Origin: Thermoanaerobaculia bacterium | GTDB lineage: Bacteria > Acidobacteriota > Thermoanaerobaculia > Multivoradales > Multivoraceae | DNA length: 64,000 bases | Reading direction: 5' to 3' | Assembly (NCBI GenBank): GCA_963666565.1 | Contig: OY762911.1 | Location: 384,001-448,000 of the forward strand | Part shown: in pieces, positions 52,936 through 62,793 of the stretch | Layout: each line of letters begins with the position of its first letter | Position numbering within the stretch: the stretch's first letter is position 1 | Program-made: the position numbers and the translations under genes | Notes under the pieces: generated by a model | Databases searched by the model: none | What the model saw: the letters and a program-made list of their open reading frames with translations, nothing else | What the model was told of the DNA's origin: nothing

Positions 52936-55182
52936 ATGCCGGCCCGCGGGCTCGCCAGTCTGGTCCTGCTCGCAGTTCCTCCAGTCGCCGCTGCGCCCGC
53001 CGGCGACTTTGCGGAGTCCTGCCGGCGGCTGCAGGACGGCTCGAACGCCTACTTCGGAACCAGGTTCGCGGACGAGCTTCGAGCCGAACTGACCTCCAAC
53101 CCGGACAGCCCCGAAACGGCGGCGCAGCTCGGCGGCGAGCTGCTGCGGCTCGGCGACACGGCAGGGGCGATCGAGCACCTGTCGGCGGCGACCGGGGCCC
53201 TCGATGCCGCGCCCGGCGTGCGGCCGACCATCCCCGAGTGGAACCTGGCCCTGGCCCATCTCCAGCGGGCCGAGGACCTGAACTGCGTTCATCGCCCCGA
53301 CGGCGCGGCGCCGGCGGAAGACGGGAGCGCGCGCGAGGGGCAGTCCCGGCGCGTCCGCCGTTCCGCCGACAGTTGCATCCTCCCGCTCGCTCCGTCCGCG
53401 GTCCACGACCGCCCCGAGCACGCCCGCGCCGCGGGCGACCTGTTCCTCGACATGCTGGAGGAAGGCCGCCCGACCGGCGCCTGGAGACAGCGGGCGACCT
53501 GGCTGCTCAACGTCGCGCGGCGGCTGACGGGCGACTTTCCGGACGGCGTGCCCGCCCGGTTCCGGATCGCCGAGGACGTCTTCGCGTCGCAGTCGTTTCC
53601 GGGTCAGCGCTGGCGCAATCTCGGTCCGGAACTCGGCGTCGACGCTCTCGATCTGGCGGGCGGAGCGATCGTGGACGACTTCGACGGCGACGGCATGCTC
53701 GACCTGGTCACTTCGACCTGGGATCCGTGCGGCCCGCTCCGGGCCTTCCGCGGCGACGGCGGCGGCTTCGAGGACGTGACGGAAGCCTGGGGGCTCGGCG
53801 ATCAACTTGGCGGCCTGAACCTGGTTCATGCCGACTACGACGACGACGGACGCCTCGACCTGTTCGTCCTGCGCGGCGCCTGGCTGCTGGAGGAGGGACG
53901 CATCCGCAACTCGCTGCTGCGCAACGAACTGGATGGCGGCGCCGGCCGTTTCGCCGACGTCACGGAGGCGGCCGGGTTGGCCGAGCCCGCCTGGCCGACC
54001 CAGGCGGCGGCCTGGGGCGACTACGACGGCGACGGCGACCTCGACCTCTACGTCGGCAACGAGGCGAGCGAGGCGCACGAATACCCGTCCCAGTTGTTCC
54101 GCAACCGGGGCGACGGCACCTTCCAGGACGTCGCGGAGCAAGCCGGCGTCGCCAACCTGCGCTACGCCAAGGGCGTCGCCTGGGGCGACGTGGACAACGA
54201 CGGCGACCTCGACCTCTACGTCTCCAACTTCGGCGCCAACCGGCTCTACGTGAACGTGGGCGGCGTCTTCGAGGACACCGCCGTCCGGGCGGGAGTCACC
54301 GAGCCGGAACGGGAGAGCTTCGCGACCTGGTTCTTCGACTACGACAACGACGGCGACCTGGACATCTACGTCGGCGACTACCGCGACCAGGCGACCGAGA
54401 TCGTCGCGTCCTACATGGGCTCGGATCCCGGAGTCGGCCAGCCCCTGCTCTACCGCAACGACTGCGGCCCGGCGCCCGGCTGCGGCGGCAGACCGCGGCT
54501 GACCGAAGTGTCGCGGCAGCTCGGCATCCGCCGCCCGGCCCTGCCGATGGGCGCCAACTACGGCGACCTGGACAACGACGGCTGGCTCGACTTCTATCTG
54601 GGAACCGGCGAGCCCGATCTCGCCAGCCTGATGCCGAACGTGATGTACCGCTTCGACGGCCGCGCCTTCGAGGAAGTCACCTTCGCCGGCGGCTTCGGCC
54701 ACCTGCAGAAGGGACACGGCGTGGCGTTCGGCGACCTGGACCGCGACGGCGACATGGACCTGCTGCACCAGCTCGGCGGCTTCTACCCGACGGACACCTT
54801 CGGCAACGCGCTGTTCGAGAACCCCGGCAGCGACAACGCCTGGGTCACGCTGCGCTTCGCCGGCGCGGGCCGCCGCGGCGAGGGCGCCAACCGCTTCGGC
54901 GTCGGCTCGCGGGTCGCCCTCTCCGTCGACGGTTCGGGCGGCGAGCGGACGATCCACCGCGTCGTCGGCTCGGGGGGTTCCTTCGGCGGCAACAGTATGC
55001 AGCTCGAAGTGGGGCTTGGCGACGCCGTCGAGATCACCGAGATCCGCGTGCGCTGGGCCGGCAGCGGCAGCGAGCAGCGGTTCCGCTCGGTCGCGCCTCG
55101 GGCCGTTTACCGGATCGTCGAAGGCGCCGCCGCGCTCGAGCGGGTCGCGGCGCCCGCCTTCAGGCTGGGCGGCGAGCGTTGA
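52936..55182 (+). CDS. CRTAC1-family FG-GAP/ASPIC-UnbV exported protein
   Basis: Signal peptide; repeated DYDNDGDLD; FGHLQKGHGVAFGD; GGSFGGN..LEVGLG. Confidence 0.88.
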   Translation: MPARGLASLVLLAVPPVAAAPAGDFAESCRRLQDGSNAYFGTRFADELRAELTSNPDSPETAAQLGGELLRLGDTAGAIEHLSAATGALDAAPGVRPTIPEWNLALAHLQRAEDLNCVHRPDGAAPAEDGSAREGQSRRVRRSADSCILPLAPSAVHDRPEHARAAGDLFLDMLEEGRPTGAWRQRATWLLNVARRLTGDFPDGVPARFRIAEDVFASQSFPGQRWRNLGPELGVDALDLAGGAIVDDFDGDGMLDLVTSTWDPCGPLRAFRGDGGGFEDVTEAWGLGDQLGGLNLVHADYDDDGRLDLFVLRGAWLLEEGRIRNSLLRNELDGGAGRFADVTEAAGLAEPAWPTQAAAWGDYDGDGDLDLYVGNEASEAHEYPSQLFRNRGDGTFQDVAEQAGVANLRYAKGVAWGDVDNDGDLDLYVSNFGANRLYVNVGGVFEDTAVRAGVTEPERESFATWFFDYDNDGDLDIYVGDYRDQATEIVASYMGSDPGVGQPLLYRNDCGPAPGCGGRPRLTEVSRQLGIRRPALPMGANYGDLDNDGWLDFYLGTGEPDLASLMPNVMYRFDGRAFEEVTFAGGFGHLQKGHGVAFGDLDRDGDMDLLHQLGGFYPTDTFGNALFENPGSDNAWVTLRFAGAGRRGEGANRFGVGSRVALSVDGSGGERTIHRVVGSGGSFGGNSMQLEVGLGDAVEITEIRVRWAGSGSEQRFRSVAPRAVYRIVEGAAALERVAAPAFRLGGER

Positions 55183-56954
55183 GGTCCGTTGCCGGCATCG
55201 TCGGGCTTGCCCTGGCCTCGGCGGCCGCGCCCGTGGAGACCCGGGCCGGCGCCGGCGAGGTCCTCTTCACCGACGCCACCGGGAGCGCCGGCCTCGACTT
55301 CCGGCACTGGAACGGCATGAGCGGTCAGCTCTACTACCCGGAGGTCGTCGGCGCCGGCGCGGCCCTCTTCGACTACGACAACGACGGCGATCTCGACCTC
55401 TACCTGGTCCAGGGCGCCCTGCTCGGCGCCGACGGAGATCCCGCCGCGGCGACGACGCCCTGGACCGGCGAATGGCCGCCCCGGGACCGGTTGTACCGAA
55501 ACGACCTCGCGGTGCGCGACGGCCGCGCGACGGTCCGCTTCGTCGACGTGACGGAGGAGAGCGGCATCGCGGCCTTCGGCTACGGAATGGGCGCGGTGGC
55601 CGCCGATCTCGACAACGACGGTTGGGTGGACCTCTACGTCCTCAACCTGGGCAGGAACGAACTCTGGCGCAACGAGGGCGACGGCACGTTCACCGACCGG
55701 ACGGAAGCGAGCGGCACGGGCGACCCGCGCTGGAGCGTCGCGGCGGCCGCCGCCGACTACGACGGCGACCTGGACCTCGACCTGTTCGTCGTGAACTACC
55801 TCGACTTCTCCCTGGCCACCCACAAGACATGCCTCACCGAACGGGGAGAGGTGGACTACTGCCTGCCGGGCGCCTACCAGCCGGCGCCGGACGGCCTGCT
55901 GGCGAACGACGGCGCGGGACGGTTCGAGGACGCGACGGCGCGGGCTGGGCTGACCGCGGCGCGCCCCGGCAACGGACTCGGCGTGCTCGCGGCCGACCTC
56001 GACGGCGACCGCAGGCTCGACTTCTACGTCGCGAACGACCTGATGCCGAATCACCTCTGGATCAACGACGGCGGCGGCAAACTGGTCGAGGACGGCCTGG
56101 TCGGCGGCGCCGCTCTCAACGCGGAGGGCGAGGCCGAGGCGAGCATGGGCGTCGCCGGCGGCGACTACGACGGGGACGGCGACCTCGACCTCTTCCTGAC
56201 GCACTTCCACCGCGAGACGAACACCCTCTACCGGAACGACTCGAAACCCGGCGCAGCGGAGTTCCGGGACCGGACGAACGCCGCTGGACTGGGGCGGCCG
56301 AGCTGGGACGCGACCTCGTTCGGCACCGCCTTCGTCGATCTCGACAACGACGGCTGGCTGGACCTCGCCGCGGTCAACGGCGCCGTCACCTTCGCCGCCG
56401 GGAGGCCCCGGACGGACGAGGATCCGTTCCCCCTGGACCAGCCGAACCAGGCCTTCCTGAACGTGGCCGATGGCGGGGGCGGACGCCGCTTCGAACCGGC
56501 GCCGGGCGGTCTGCTCGACGGCGCGGCGCCGCTGGTCAGCCGCGGCCTGGCCGCCGGCGACGTGGACAACGACGGCGACGCGGACCTGGTCGTCACGAAC
56601 AACAACGGTCCCGCCCGGCTGCTGCTCAACCAGGCCCCGGCGACCGGCGCCTGGTTCGGCGTGGCGCCCCGGCTCGACGCGGAGCGGGGCCGCCGGCCGG
56701 CGTCGGGCGTCACCGTGCGGTTCCACCGGACCGGCGCCGCGCCGCTGGTTCGCCTTGCGGGCGGCGGGGGCAGCTACGCTTCCTGGGGAGATCCCCGGGT
56801 CGCGGTCCCGGCGGACGGCGCCGGGATCGACCGCGTCGAGGTCCAGTGGACGGACGGAACGGTCGAGGAGTGGCCGGCGCCGCCGCTCACGGCCTACACT
56901 TCCCTGGTTCGCGGCGCCGGCGAGAAGCGCCGCGGGCGGGAAGAGAGACCATGA
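55179..56954 (+). CDS. CRTAC1-family FG-GAP/ASPIC-UnbV exported protein
   Basis: TTG start overlapping the previous stop; FTDAT..AGLDFRH.NG, GAGAALFDYDNDGDLD, SRGLAAGDVDNDGD and GGSYAS. Confidence 0.88.
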   Translation: MRSVAGIVGLALASAAAPVETRAGAGEVLFTDATGSAGLDFRHWNGMSGQLYYPEVVGAGAALFDYDNDGDLDLYLVQGALLGADGDPAAATTPWTGEWPPRDRLYRNDLAVRDGRATVRFVDVTEESGIAAFGYGMGAVAADLDNDGWVDLYVLNLGRNELWRNEGDGTFTDRTEASGTGDPRWSVAAAAADYDGDLDLDLFVVNYLDFSLATHKTCLTERGEVDYCLPGAYQPAPDGLLANDGAGRFEDATARAGLTAARPGNGLGVLAADLDGDRRLDFYVANDLMPNHLWINDGGGKLVEDGLVGGAALNAEGEAEASMGVAGGDYDGDGDLDLFLTHFHRETNTLYRNDSKPGAAEFRDRTNAAGLGRPSWDATSFGTAFVDLDNDGWLDLAAVNGAVTFAAGRPRTDEDPFPLDQPNQAFLNVADGGGGRRFEPAPGGLLDGAAPLVSRGLAAGDVDNDGDADLVVTNNNGPARLLLNQAPATGAWFGVAPRLDAERGRRPASGVTVRFHRTGAAPLVRLAGGGGSYASWGDPRVAVPADGAGIDRVEVQWTDGTVEEWPAPPLTAYTSLVRGAGEKRRGREERP

Positions 56955-59083
56955 CGAATCCGACGCGCCTCCAGCGGTACGCCCTCGCGCAACGCGGCGA
57001 AGTGCGGCCGGCGCCGCTTCGGCGTCCCCGGCGGGCTCGCGGTCGCGGCGAGGCGTTCCGTGGACTGCACGGACCGGGCGCCGCGGTCGCCGGGTGCGCC
57101 TTGGCTCTGCTTTGCCTCTGCGCGGCCGCCGGTCTCCACGCGCAGGACGTGGCGCCGGCCCGGCTGGTCCCGATTCCCGAGGTCGATCTGCGGGGCGTCG
57201 ACGAAGCGGTGCGCGACCAGATCGACCGGCAGCGCGGGCTGCTGGAGGACGCGCTCGCCCGGGGAGCGTCCACCGAAGCCGACGCCGAGCAGTTGGGCCT
57301 CCTGTTCGGCGACGCGGGCCAGCTCTACCTGGTCTACGACCTGCTGCCGGCCGCGAGAGCCTGTCTCGCGAACGCCGCCGAGCTGCAGCCCGCGAACTTC
57401 CGCTGGCGCTATCTCCTCGGCAGCGCCGCCGAGCACCTGGGGGAGCTCGAGGAAGCCGTCGACGCCTACGGCCAGGCCAGGGCGTTCCGTCCCGACGACC
57501 CCGCCATCGCGATCCGGCTCGGCCGCGTGCATCTCGAACTCGGGCGGTACGAGGAAGCCCGCGGCAACTACCAGCGGGCCCTCGGCCTGCCGGGCTCGGT
57601 CGCCGCGGCCCACTTCGGCCTCGGCCGCGTCGCCTTCGAGACGGACGACCCGACGACCGCGCTCCGGCACTTCCAGGCGGCGCTGCGCGAGCAGCCGCGG
57701 GCCGATTCGCTCCACTACCACATCGCCCTCGCCCATCGCGCGCGCGGCGACGACGCGGCGACGCGCGCCGCGATGGAGTTGCGCGGCGAGGCGCCGGTGG
57801 CCTTCGCCGATCCGATCGCGGCCGAGATCAAGGAGTCGGCGACGGGCATCGGCGCCCGGTTGCTCCTGGGCCGCGTAGCCCTGTCGGCGAACGCGTTCGA
57901 GACCGCCGAAGAGCAGTTCCGCGAAGCCGTCCGCGACTATCCCGAGAGCGCGGCGGCTAAGCGCTCGCTGGCGGCGGCACTGGAGGGCATGGGCCGGCGG
58001 GCGGAAGCGGCGATGTGGTACCAGGAGGCCCTGGAACTCAGCCCGAACGACGTCGGGCTCCTGTTCCGGACCGGCCTTCTCTACAACAGCGAGGGCCGCT
58101 GGGAGGCCGCGGCCGAACGGCTCGGGCGGGCGGTCGAGATCGAGCCGTCGTTCGGGCCGGCGTGGGTCGAGCTGGCCCGGAGCCTCGGCGAGACCGGCGA
58201 CCGCCTGGAGGCCGCGGAGGCTCTGACGCGGGCGCTCGAACTCGCCCCGGGCGACCGCAATCTCCGGTTCCACCGGGCCGGCAACTACCGGCTCGGCGGC
58301 CGGCGGGAACTCGCGCTGCGCGAGTTCGAGTCCCTGCTGGCGGACTTCGGATTCGACCGCGAGATCGTGCTGACGCTGGGGCGGATCGAGCAGGAACTCG
58401 GGCGGCCGGCCTCGGCGGTCCGCCGCTTCGAGCAACTGGTCGAGGCGGGGGCCGAGCCGGCCCAGTTGAGTCAGGCGCACTTCGAACTCGGCAACATCCG
58501 CACGGAGCAGGAGCGCTACGAGGAGGCGATTCCTCACTACCAGCGCGCGATCGCCTTCAACCCGACGCTGAAGGAGGCGTACTTCAACCTGGGCACGGCG
58601 CTCGGCCGGCTGGGCCAGTTCACCGAAGCCGCGCTCGCCGCCCGCCGCGCGCTCGAACTCGATCCCGACGACAGCAGGGCCCGCGCGGCCGAGGTGACCG
58701 CCCTGCTGCTGGCGGGCGAGGACGCCCGGGTCCGCCTGATGCTGGAACAGACGCTGGAGCTTCCCGACCGAGGCGGCAGCGGCTTCTTCGCCCTGCTCCT
58801 CGCCGAAGTCCTGGCCGCATCCGAAGACGATTCGGTGCGGGACGGCGACGCGGCTCTGCGTCTGGCCATGGACCTCTTCCAGCGTGCCCAAACGCCGGCC
58901 CACGGCGCCGTCGTCGCCCTCGCCTACGCCGCGACCGGCGACTTCGAGCAGGCCGTCGCGTGGCAGCAACGCCTGATCGAGAACCTCGAACGCGCCGGCG
59001 CCGCCGAAGCGCTGCCCGCCGCCCGCGAGCGGCTGGCCGCGTACCAGGCCGGCCAGCCGGTCCGGGCCCCCTGGCGCCGCTGA
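56951..59083 (+). CDS. Tetratricopeptide repeat protein
   Basis: ATGA overlap; many TPR units (e.g. AHFELG..Y.EA..HY.RAI..NP). Confidence 0.88.
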   Translation: MTNPTRLQRYALAQRGEVRPAPLRRPRRARGRGEAFRGLHGPGAAVAGCALALLCLCAAAGLHAQDVAPARLVPIPEVDLRGVDEAVRDQIDRQRGLLEDALARGASTEADAEQLGLLFGDAGQLYLVYDLLPAARACLANAAELQPANFRWRYLLGSAAEHLGELEEAVDAYGQARAFRPDDPAIAIRLGRVHLELGRYEEARGNYQRALGLPGSVAAAHFGLGRVAFETDDPTTALRHFQAALREQPRADSLHYHIALAHRARGDDAATRAAMELRGEAPVAFADPIAAEIKESATGIGARLLLGRVALSANAFETAEEQFREAVRDYPESAAAKRSLAAALEGMGRRAEAAMWYQEALELSPNDVGLLFRTGLLYNSEGRWEAAAERLGRAVEIEPSFGPAWVELARSLGETGDRLEAAEALTRALELAPGDRNLRFHRAGNYRLGGRRELALREFESLLADFGFDREIVLTLGRIEQELGRPASAVRRFEQLVEAGAEPAQLSQAHFELGNIRTEQERYEEAIPHYQRAIAFNPTLKEAYFNLGTALGRLGQFTEAALAARRALELDPDDSRARAAEVTALLLAGEDARVRLMLEQTLELPDRGGSGFFALLLAEVLAASEDDSVRDGDAALRLAMDLFQRAQTPAHGAVVALAYAATGDFEQAVAWQQRLIENLERAGAAEALPAARERLAAYQAGQPVRAPWRR

Positions 59084-59089
59084 CGGGCC

Positions 59090-59202
59090 GGGTGCGCGGG
59101 TCTTCCGACCGCTGGGTGCGCGGGTCTTCTGACCCGCTTGTGGGCGACGACGCGAAGCGGAGGAGCCCGAGGAGAACAGCCGCCGGCCACAGGCCGGCGA
59201 CC
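59090..59202 (+). repeat. Two REP-like copies plus internal REPIN-type extension
   Basis: GGGTGCGCGGGTCTTCYGACC(C)GC twice; extension similar to 922-980 and 59650-59711. Confidence 0.8.
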
Positions 59203-59311
59203 ATTTGAGTCCGCGGCGCGATGGCTGTCGCGTGGCGACGGAAGCGTGGCCACCGCAGCGTAACGACGCTCTGCAACGCGGAGACGGTGCCTGCTGCCGC
59301 CTCGGCCGGCC

Positions 59312-59469
59312 GGACCGAAGGGAAGGGGTCCCAGCGGCCGCTCGCGCTCTCTGAGTAGAGGGAAGGTCGGCGCTCGCTTCGGTCGGCTGCGTTCCGCTCC
59401 GGCGTCGGTTTCGGGACGACCTGGGAAGTCACTTGCCTCCAGCCCGCTGGGACCCCTTCCCTTCGGTCC
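59312..59469. repeat. Perfect 26-bp inverted repeat with a 106-bp spacer (non-REP)
   Basis: GGACCGAAGGGAAGGGGTCCCAGCGG (59312-59337) and its exact reverse complement (59444-59469). Confidence 0.9.
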
Positions 59470-59625
59470 TTGCCGAGGCTGAACGCTCTCAGCCGGGCAC
59501 CACGTGGCACCCAGAGTGTCGGTGCGCCGGCGTTCCGGCCGACACCGCTACAGGCTCACGGCACGGGCCCCCGTTGCTTCGGGTGATTGCAGCAGAACGA
59601 CAGCCCATGCCGAACGCGGCGCTCC

Positions 59626-59711
59626 GGGTGCGCGGGTCTTCCGACCCGCCTCCGGGCGACGCCGCGGAGCGGCGAAGCCAAAAGAACAGCCACCGGCCGA
59701 GGCCGGCGACC
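59626..59711 (+). repeat. REP-like copy plus extension, a direct repeat of about 59115-59202
   Basis: GGGTGCGCGGGTCTTCCGACCCGC..GGGCGACG.CGCG.AGCGG..AGAACAGCC.CCGGCC..AGGCCGGCGACC. Confidence 0.8.
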
Positions 59712-59756
59712 TCTCTTCGGTCATCAAGATGCTGCGGAGCGCACTACGACGAGCGT

Positions 59757-61013
59757 TCAGCCATCGGAGAGCATCTGCCGGAGGCGCGGATGGAGAACGC
59801 TGACGGGGCGATTCGCACGATCGCGCATCCAGGCGACGGCCTCACGATACTCCGCGCTCTCTTCGCTGCTTCCGAACAGTGGCGGCACGCATTCTCGACG
59901 GAAGCCGACGCACTTGCCTCCATGCGAAGTGGGCCATTCCTCCAGATCGTCCCAAGGACGATCCCCGTCGGATTGAGGCGACTGCATCTCCCGCTTCAGA
60001 TCGTCGACCGCAGCCAGCGCTTCATCGAAGACCCGTTCTTCTCGCGCCCAGCCCTTCCGGGCGCTCAAGTAACAAGCGATGGCCTTTCCGTAACGGGAGA
60101 GAGAAAAGACGAACCGCAAGGCTTCGCCGTTCAAGCCGGAGCCACGGACCTTGACGTGCATTGGGTGGCCCTTCTCGAGTTCCGAGTCCGGATCGGCGAA
60201 GGCGAAGTCCTCGCTGAAGACCGCTCGCCAGAACCTCTCGGTCTCCCTATCCCAGTCGTCCTCGGGAACATCGGGCTCCTCCTCCAAGGACTGGACCGGC
60301 GTTGCACCCTCCACGACAAACCGCTGCACGATCTCGGTCCGGGCCAGGACACGGGGCTGAACGAGGAGCCGGTCAGGCCCATCCCGGTACAGCGCCGCCT
60401 CGACGAGGGCGAGATTGAAGCGGAGACCGCTGTGGCTTTGCACGAAGTCGACGATCTTCTCGGCCCGCTCCCGAATGCCGTCGCCGATGATCAGAAGCAG
60501 GAACTCGCCACGGTCCAGATGACGCGTGACGTTGTCGACGAACTCGGCCTCGACGACGTCCGGATTCCGCCTGGAGACCAACTCGTAGAGGACGTTGGAG
60601 CCCTCCCTGCCAAGTGCCAGGGAGACTTGGCGTTGCAGGTCCTCGTAGCTCCATGAAGCGAGATCCTTCGCGTAGTCGAGGATCTGGCCGATCACCTCGC
60701 GGCGCGCCTGGGGATTGCGCCACAGCTTGAACTCGCACAGCGTCAAGCGGCCCTGGGCATTGACGTACAGCGCGTCGATGCTGCCGGCGGGCACCGAGAG
60801 TTCCCGGCAGACCGGAACCGCGTCGCCGTACGCCGAGTCGATAGCGGCGATCGGGAGACACTCCGGATGGTCGAATAGGAGCTTCTGAAGGGTCGCCTCG
60901 TCAACGCCTCCATCCGCCGGGCGCAACCCCAAACGGACCCGGTGCAAGATCTCCGAGCTTCCGGCCTCGACGTCAACGCGGATGAGTGCACCGTAGCGGG
61001 ATTCCCTGCTCAT
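59757..61013 (-). CDS. PD-(D/E)XK endonuclease, NucS-like, with a DUF4268-like C-terminal region
   Basis: E..LQ..L, GSIDALY, LCEFKL..NPQARREVIGQILDYA; C-terminal ERFW. Confidence 0.7.
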   Translation of the reverse strand: MSRESRYGALIRVDVEAGSSEILHRVRLGLRPADGGVDEATLQKLLFDHPECLPIAAIDSAYGDAVPVCRELSVPAGSIDALYVNAQGRLTLCEFKLWRNPQARREVIGQILDYAKDLASWSYEDLQRQVSLALGREGSNVLYELVSRRNPDVVEAEFVDNVTRHLDRGEFLLLIIGDGIRERAEKIVDFVQSHSGLRFNLALVEAALYRDGPDRLLVQPRVLARTEIVQRFVVEGATPVQSLEEEPDVPEDDWDRETERFWRAVFSEDFAFADPDSELEKGHPMHVKVRGSGLNGEALRFVFSLSRYGKAIACYLSARKGWAREERVFDEALAAVDDLKREMQSPQSDGDRPWDDLEEWPTSHGGKCVGFRRECVPPLFGSSEESAEYREAVAWMRDRANRPVSVLHPRLRQMLSDG

Positions 61014-61054
61014 GGCTTCTCCGGAGGCTATCCGAACGCCGACCTTCCGGCTCT

Positions 61055-61522
61055 TCAGGACAGAAAGACCGAAACAAAGTGCCGCGGAGACACGACCGAG
61101 ACGCCGCTCGGCGGAGTCCGCAGAAGCAGTCGGTCACCGGTAACCAGGTGGGCGCTCGGTTCGTTGGCGAGCAGTGCCCAAAGGTGGTTGTCGCCTTTGT
61201 CCGGGGCGTCGCCGGCGGCGAGCGGCTCCCGCCACACGGCGTTCGCTACCAAGTCGGTCAGGAACCGGTCGAGCCATGCGGACGTCAGGCCGTGCCGTTC
61301 GGCGAGCGCTGGACGCTGCAACACGGCCGAGTACTCACTCAACAAGGCGGGCGACATCAGGAACAGGAGCCTGCCGCCGATCATGGCGTCCATGATCCGG
61401 GCGGGGGGCGCGTTCGAGCCGCCATCGATCAGCCCCGAAACGACCACATTCGTGTCGACAATGCAAAGTGGCCGGTAACGCGGACCGCGGCCGCTCTTCC
61501 GCGGCCGTGATCCGCGCGCCAA
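61055..61522 (-). CDS. PIN-domain toxin (PIN_3-type)
   Basis: IVDTNVVVSGL, LLSEY..VL.RP, D..D.HLW and LVTGD..LL. Confidence 0.88.
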   Translation of the reverse strand: MARGSRPRKSGRGPRYRPLCIVDTNVVVSGLIDGGSNAPPARIMDAMIGGRLLFLMSPALLSEYSAVLQRPALAERHGLTSAWLDRFLTDLVANAVWREPLAAGDAPDKGDNHLWALLANEPSAHLVTGDRLLLRTPPSGVSVVSPRHFVSVFLS

Positions 61523-61525
61523 GGT

Positions 61526-61765
61526 CTACTTCCCTTCTCGGTAGCGCCGTGTCTCCCGGACCGCAAGAGCCATGGCCTGATCGGAGTCGAGCCCTGAGTT
61601 CGCGCGCGCCTGGAGTACGAGTTCTCGTGCCGTCTCGTAAGGGCGGATGCCCCTCAGTTCCAGGCTCTCTTCGATGATCGCGGCCATGGAACGGCCCTGG
61701 CGGGCCGCTGCTTCCTTCAATGCGCGGTGCGTTTGGTCTGCCAGCGTAACGGTCAGGCGGGTCAT
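61526..61765 (-). CDS. Ribbon-helix-helix antitoxin
   Basis: MTRLTVTL.D..HRALKEAAARQGRSM..IIEESL; directly upstream of the PIN gene. Confidence 0.85.
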   Translation of the reverse strand: MTRLTVTLADQTHRALKEAAARQGRSMAAIIEESLELRGIRPYETARELVLQARANSGLDSDQAMALAVRETRRYREGK

Positions 61766-61791
61766 CGGGTGGGCACTCCGTGTTTGTCACC

Positions 61792-61828
61792 GACGTCGAC
61801 GTCAACGCACCATAGCATCAACGCACCA
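61792..61828 (-). promoter_or_regulatory. Candidate TA promoter/operator
   Basis: TCAACGCACCA direct repeats (61802, 61818) overlap a minus-strand extended -10 TGcTATGGT; palindrome GACGTCGACGTC at 61792-61803. Confidence 0.55.
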
Positions 61829-61853
61829 CTAGGGCCAAGGCCCCTTCCGAGCG

Positions 61854-62693
61854 TCAATCGGCTGCCAACTCGTAGCGGCCCGGTTCGGTCTCGGCCGCCT
61901 TGCCCTCTTCGACCAGGGCGTCGAGATGGGCCCGGAGCGAGAACGCAGCGGCGCCGTGGAGCTTCGGGTCGACGTCGGCGTAGATGCGTTCGACCATTTC
62001 GGGGATGGTGGCGACGCCGGCGGCGATGGCTTCCAGGGCCTGGTCGGTTCGTTGCTGGCGGTGGCGGTGGATCTCGCGGATCCGGTCGAGCGGGGGCTCG
62101 ATCGACTCGCCGTGGCCCGGGTGCAGGATGTCGATGCCGCCGCCTTGGCCGAGGTCGAGGAGCCGCTCGAGAGAGGCCATGTACTGGTTCAGGTTGCCGT
62201 CGGGCGGGGCGATGATCGACGTGGACCAGCCCATCACCAGGTCGGCGGTGAAGACGGCCCGTTCCTCCTCCAGCAGGAAACAGAGGTGGTCGCTGGCGTG
62301 GCCCGGGGTGTGGAGAGCCACCAGGGTCGTGCCGCCGGCCGAAAGGCGGGTACCGTCCTCCAGGCGGGGACCGGCGGTGAACGGCGGCTCCTCGCTGAAG
62401 GCGCGGATTTCGGCGTCGAAGTGCGACGCGACGCGGGGCGCCAGAGGCCAGTGGTCCCGGTGCGTATGGCTGATCAGCACGGCCGCCACGTCCCGGCCGC
62501 CGACGGCGTGAAGCATGGCCTCGAAGTGGGCGTCGTCTTCCTCCCCCGGATCGAGCACGAACGCCGGGCCGCCGGCGTCGCCGATGACCCAGGTGTTGGT
62601 GCCCGGACCGGTGAACATGCCCGGGTTGTCCTGGGTGACGCGGAGTACGCGGTCGGACAGCCGCACCGGCGTGCCCTTCAGAAGCGGGTGCAA
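61854..62693 (-). CDS. MBL-fold metallo-hydrolase (LACTB2-like)
   Basis: NPGMFTGPGTNTW, SHTHRDH, HTPGHASDH, PPDGN...YM.SL and PGHG. Confidence 0.92.
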   Translation of the reverse strand: MHPLLKGTPVRLSDRVLRVTQDNPGMFTGPGTNTWVIGDAGGPAFVLDPGEEDDAHFEAMLHAVGGRDVAAVLISHTHRDHWPLAPRVASHFDAEIRAFSEEPPFTAGPRLEDGTRLSAGGTTLVALHTPGHASDHLCFLLEEERAVFTADLVMGWSTSIIAPPDGNLNQYMASLERLLDLGQGGGIDILHPGHGESIEPPLDRIREIHRHRQQRTDQALEAIAAGVATIPEMVERIYADVDPKLHGAAAFSLRAHLDALVEEGKAAETEPGRYELAAD

Positions 62694-62793
62694 GGTCAGG
62701 ACCGCCAGGAGTCGGCGCAGCGGTTTCCGCGACGTGGAGTCCCGGCGAGGTGAGGGCTGAGGCCGGACATGGCGCCTGCGACGGGCTTGGGCC

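Noticed and set aside
59433-60656. 407-aa plus-strand ORF
   Set aside because: Antisense to the NucS-like gene and runs through a REP copy.
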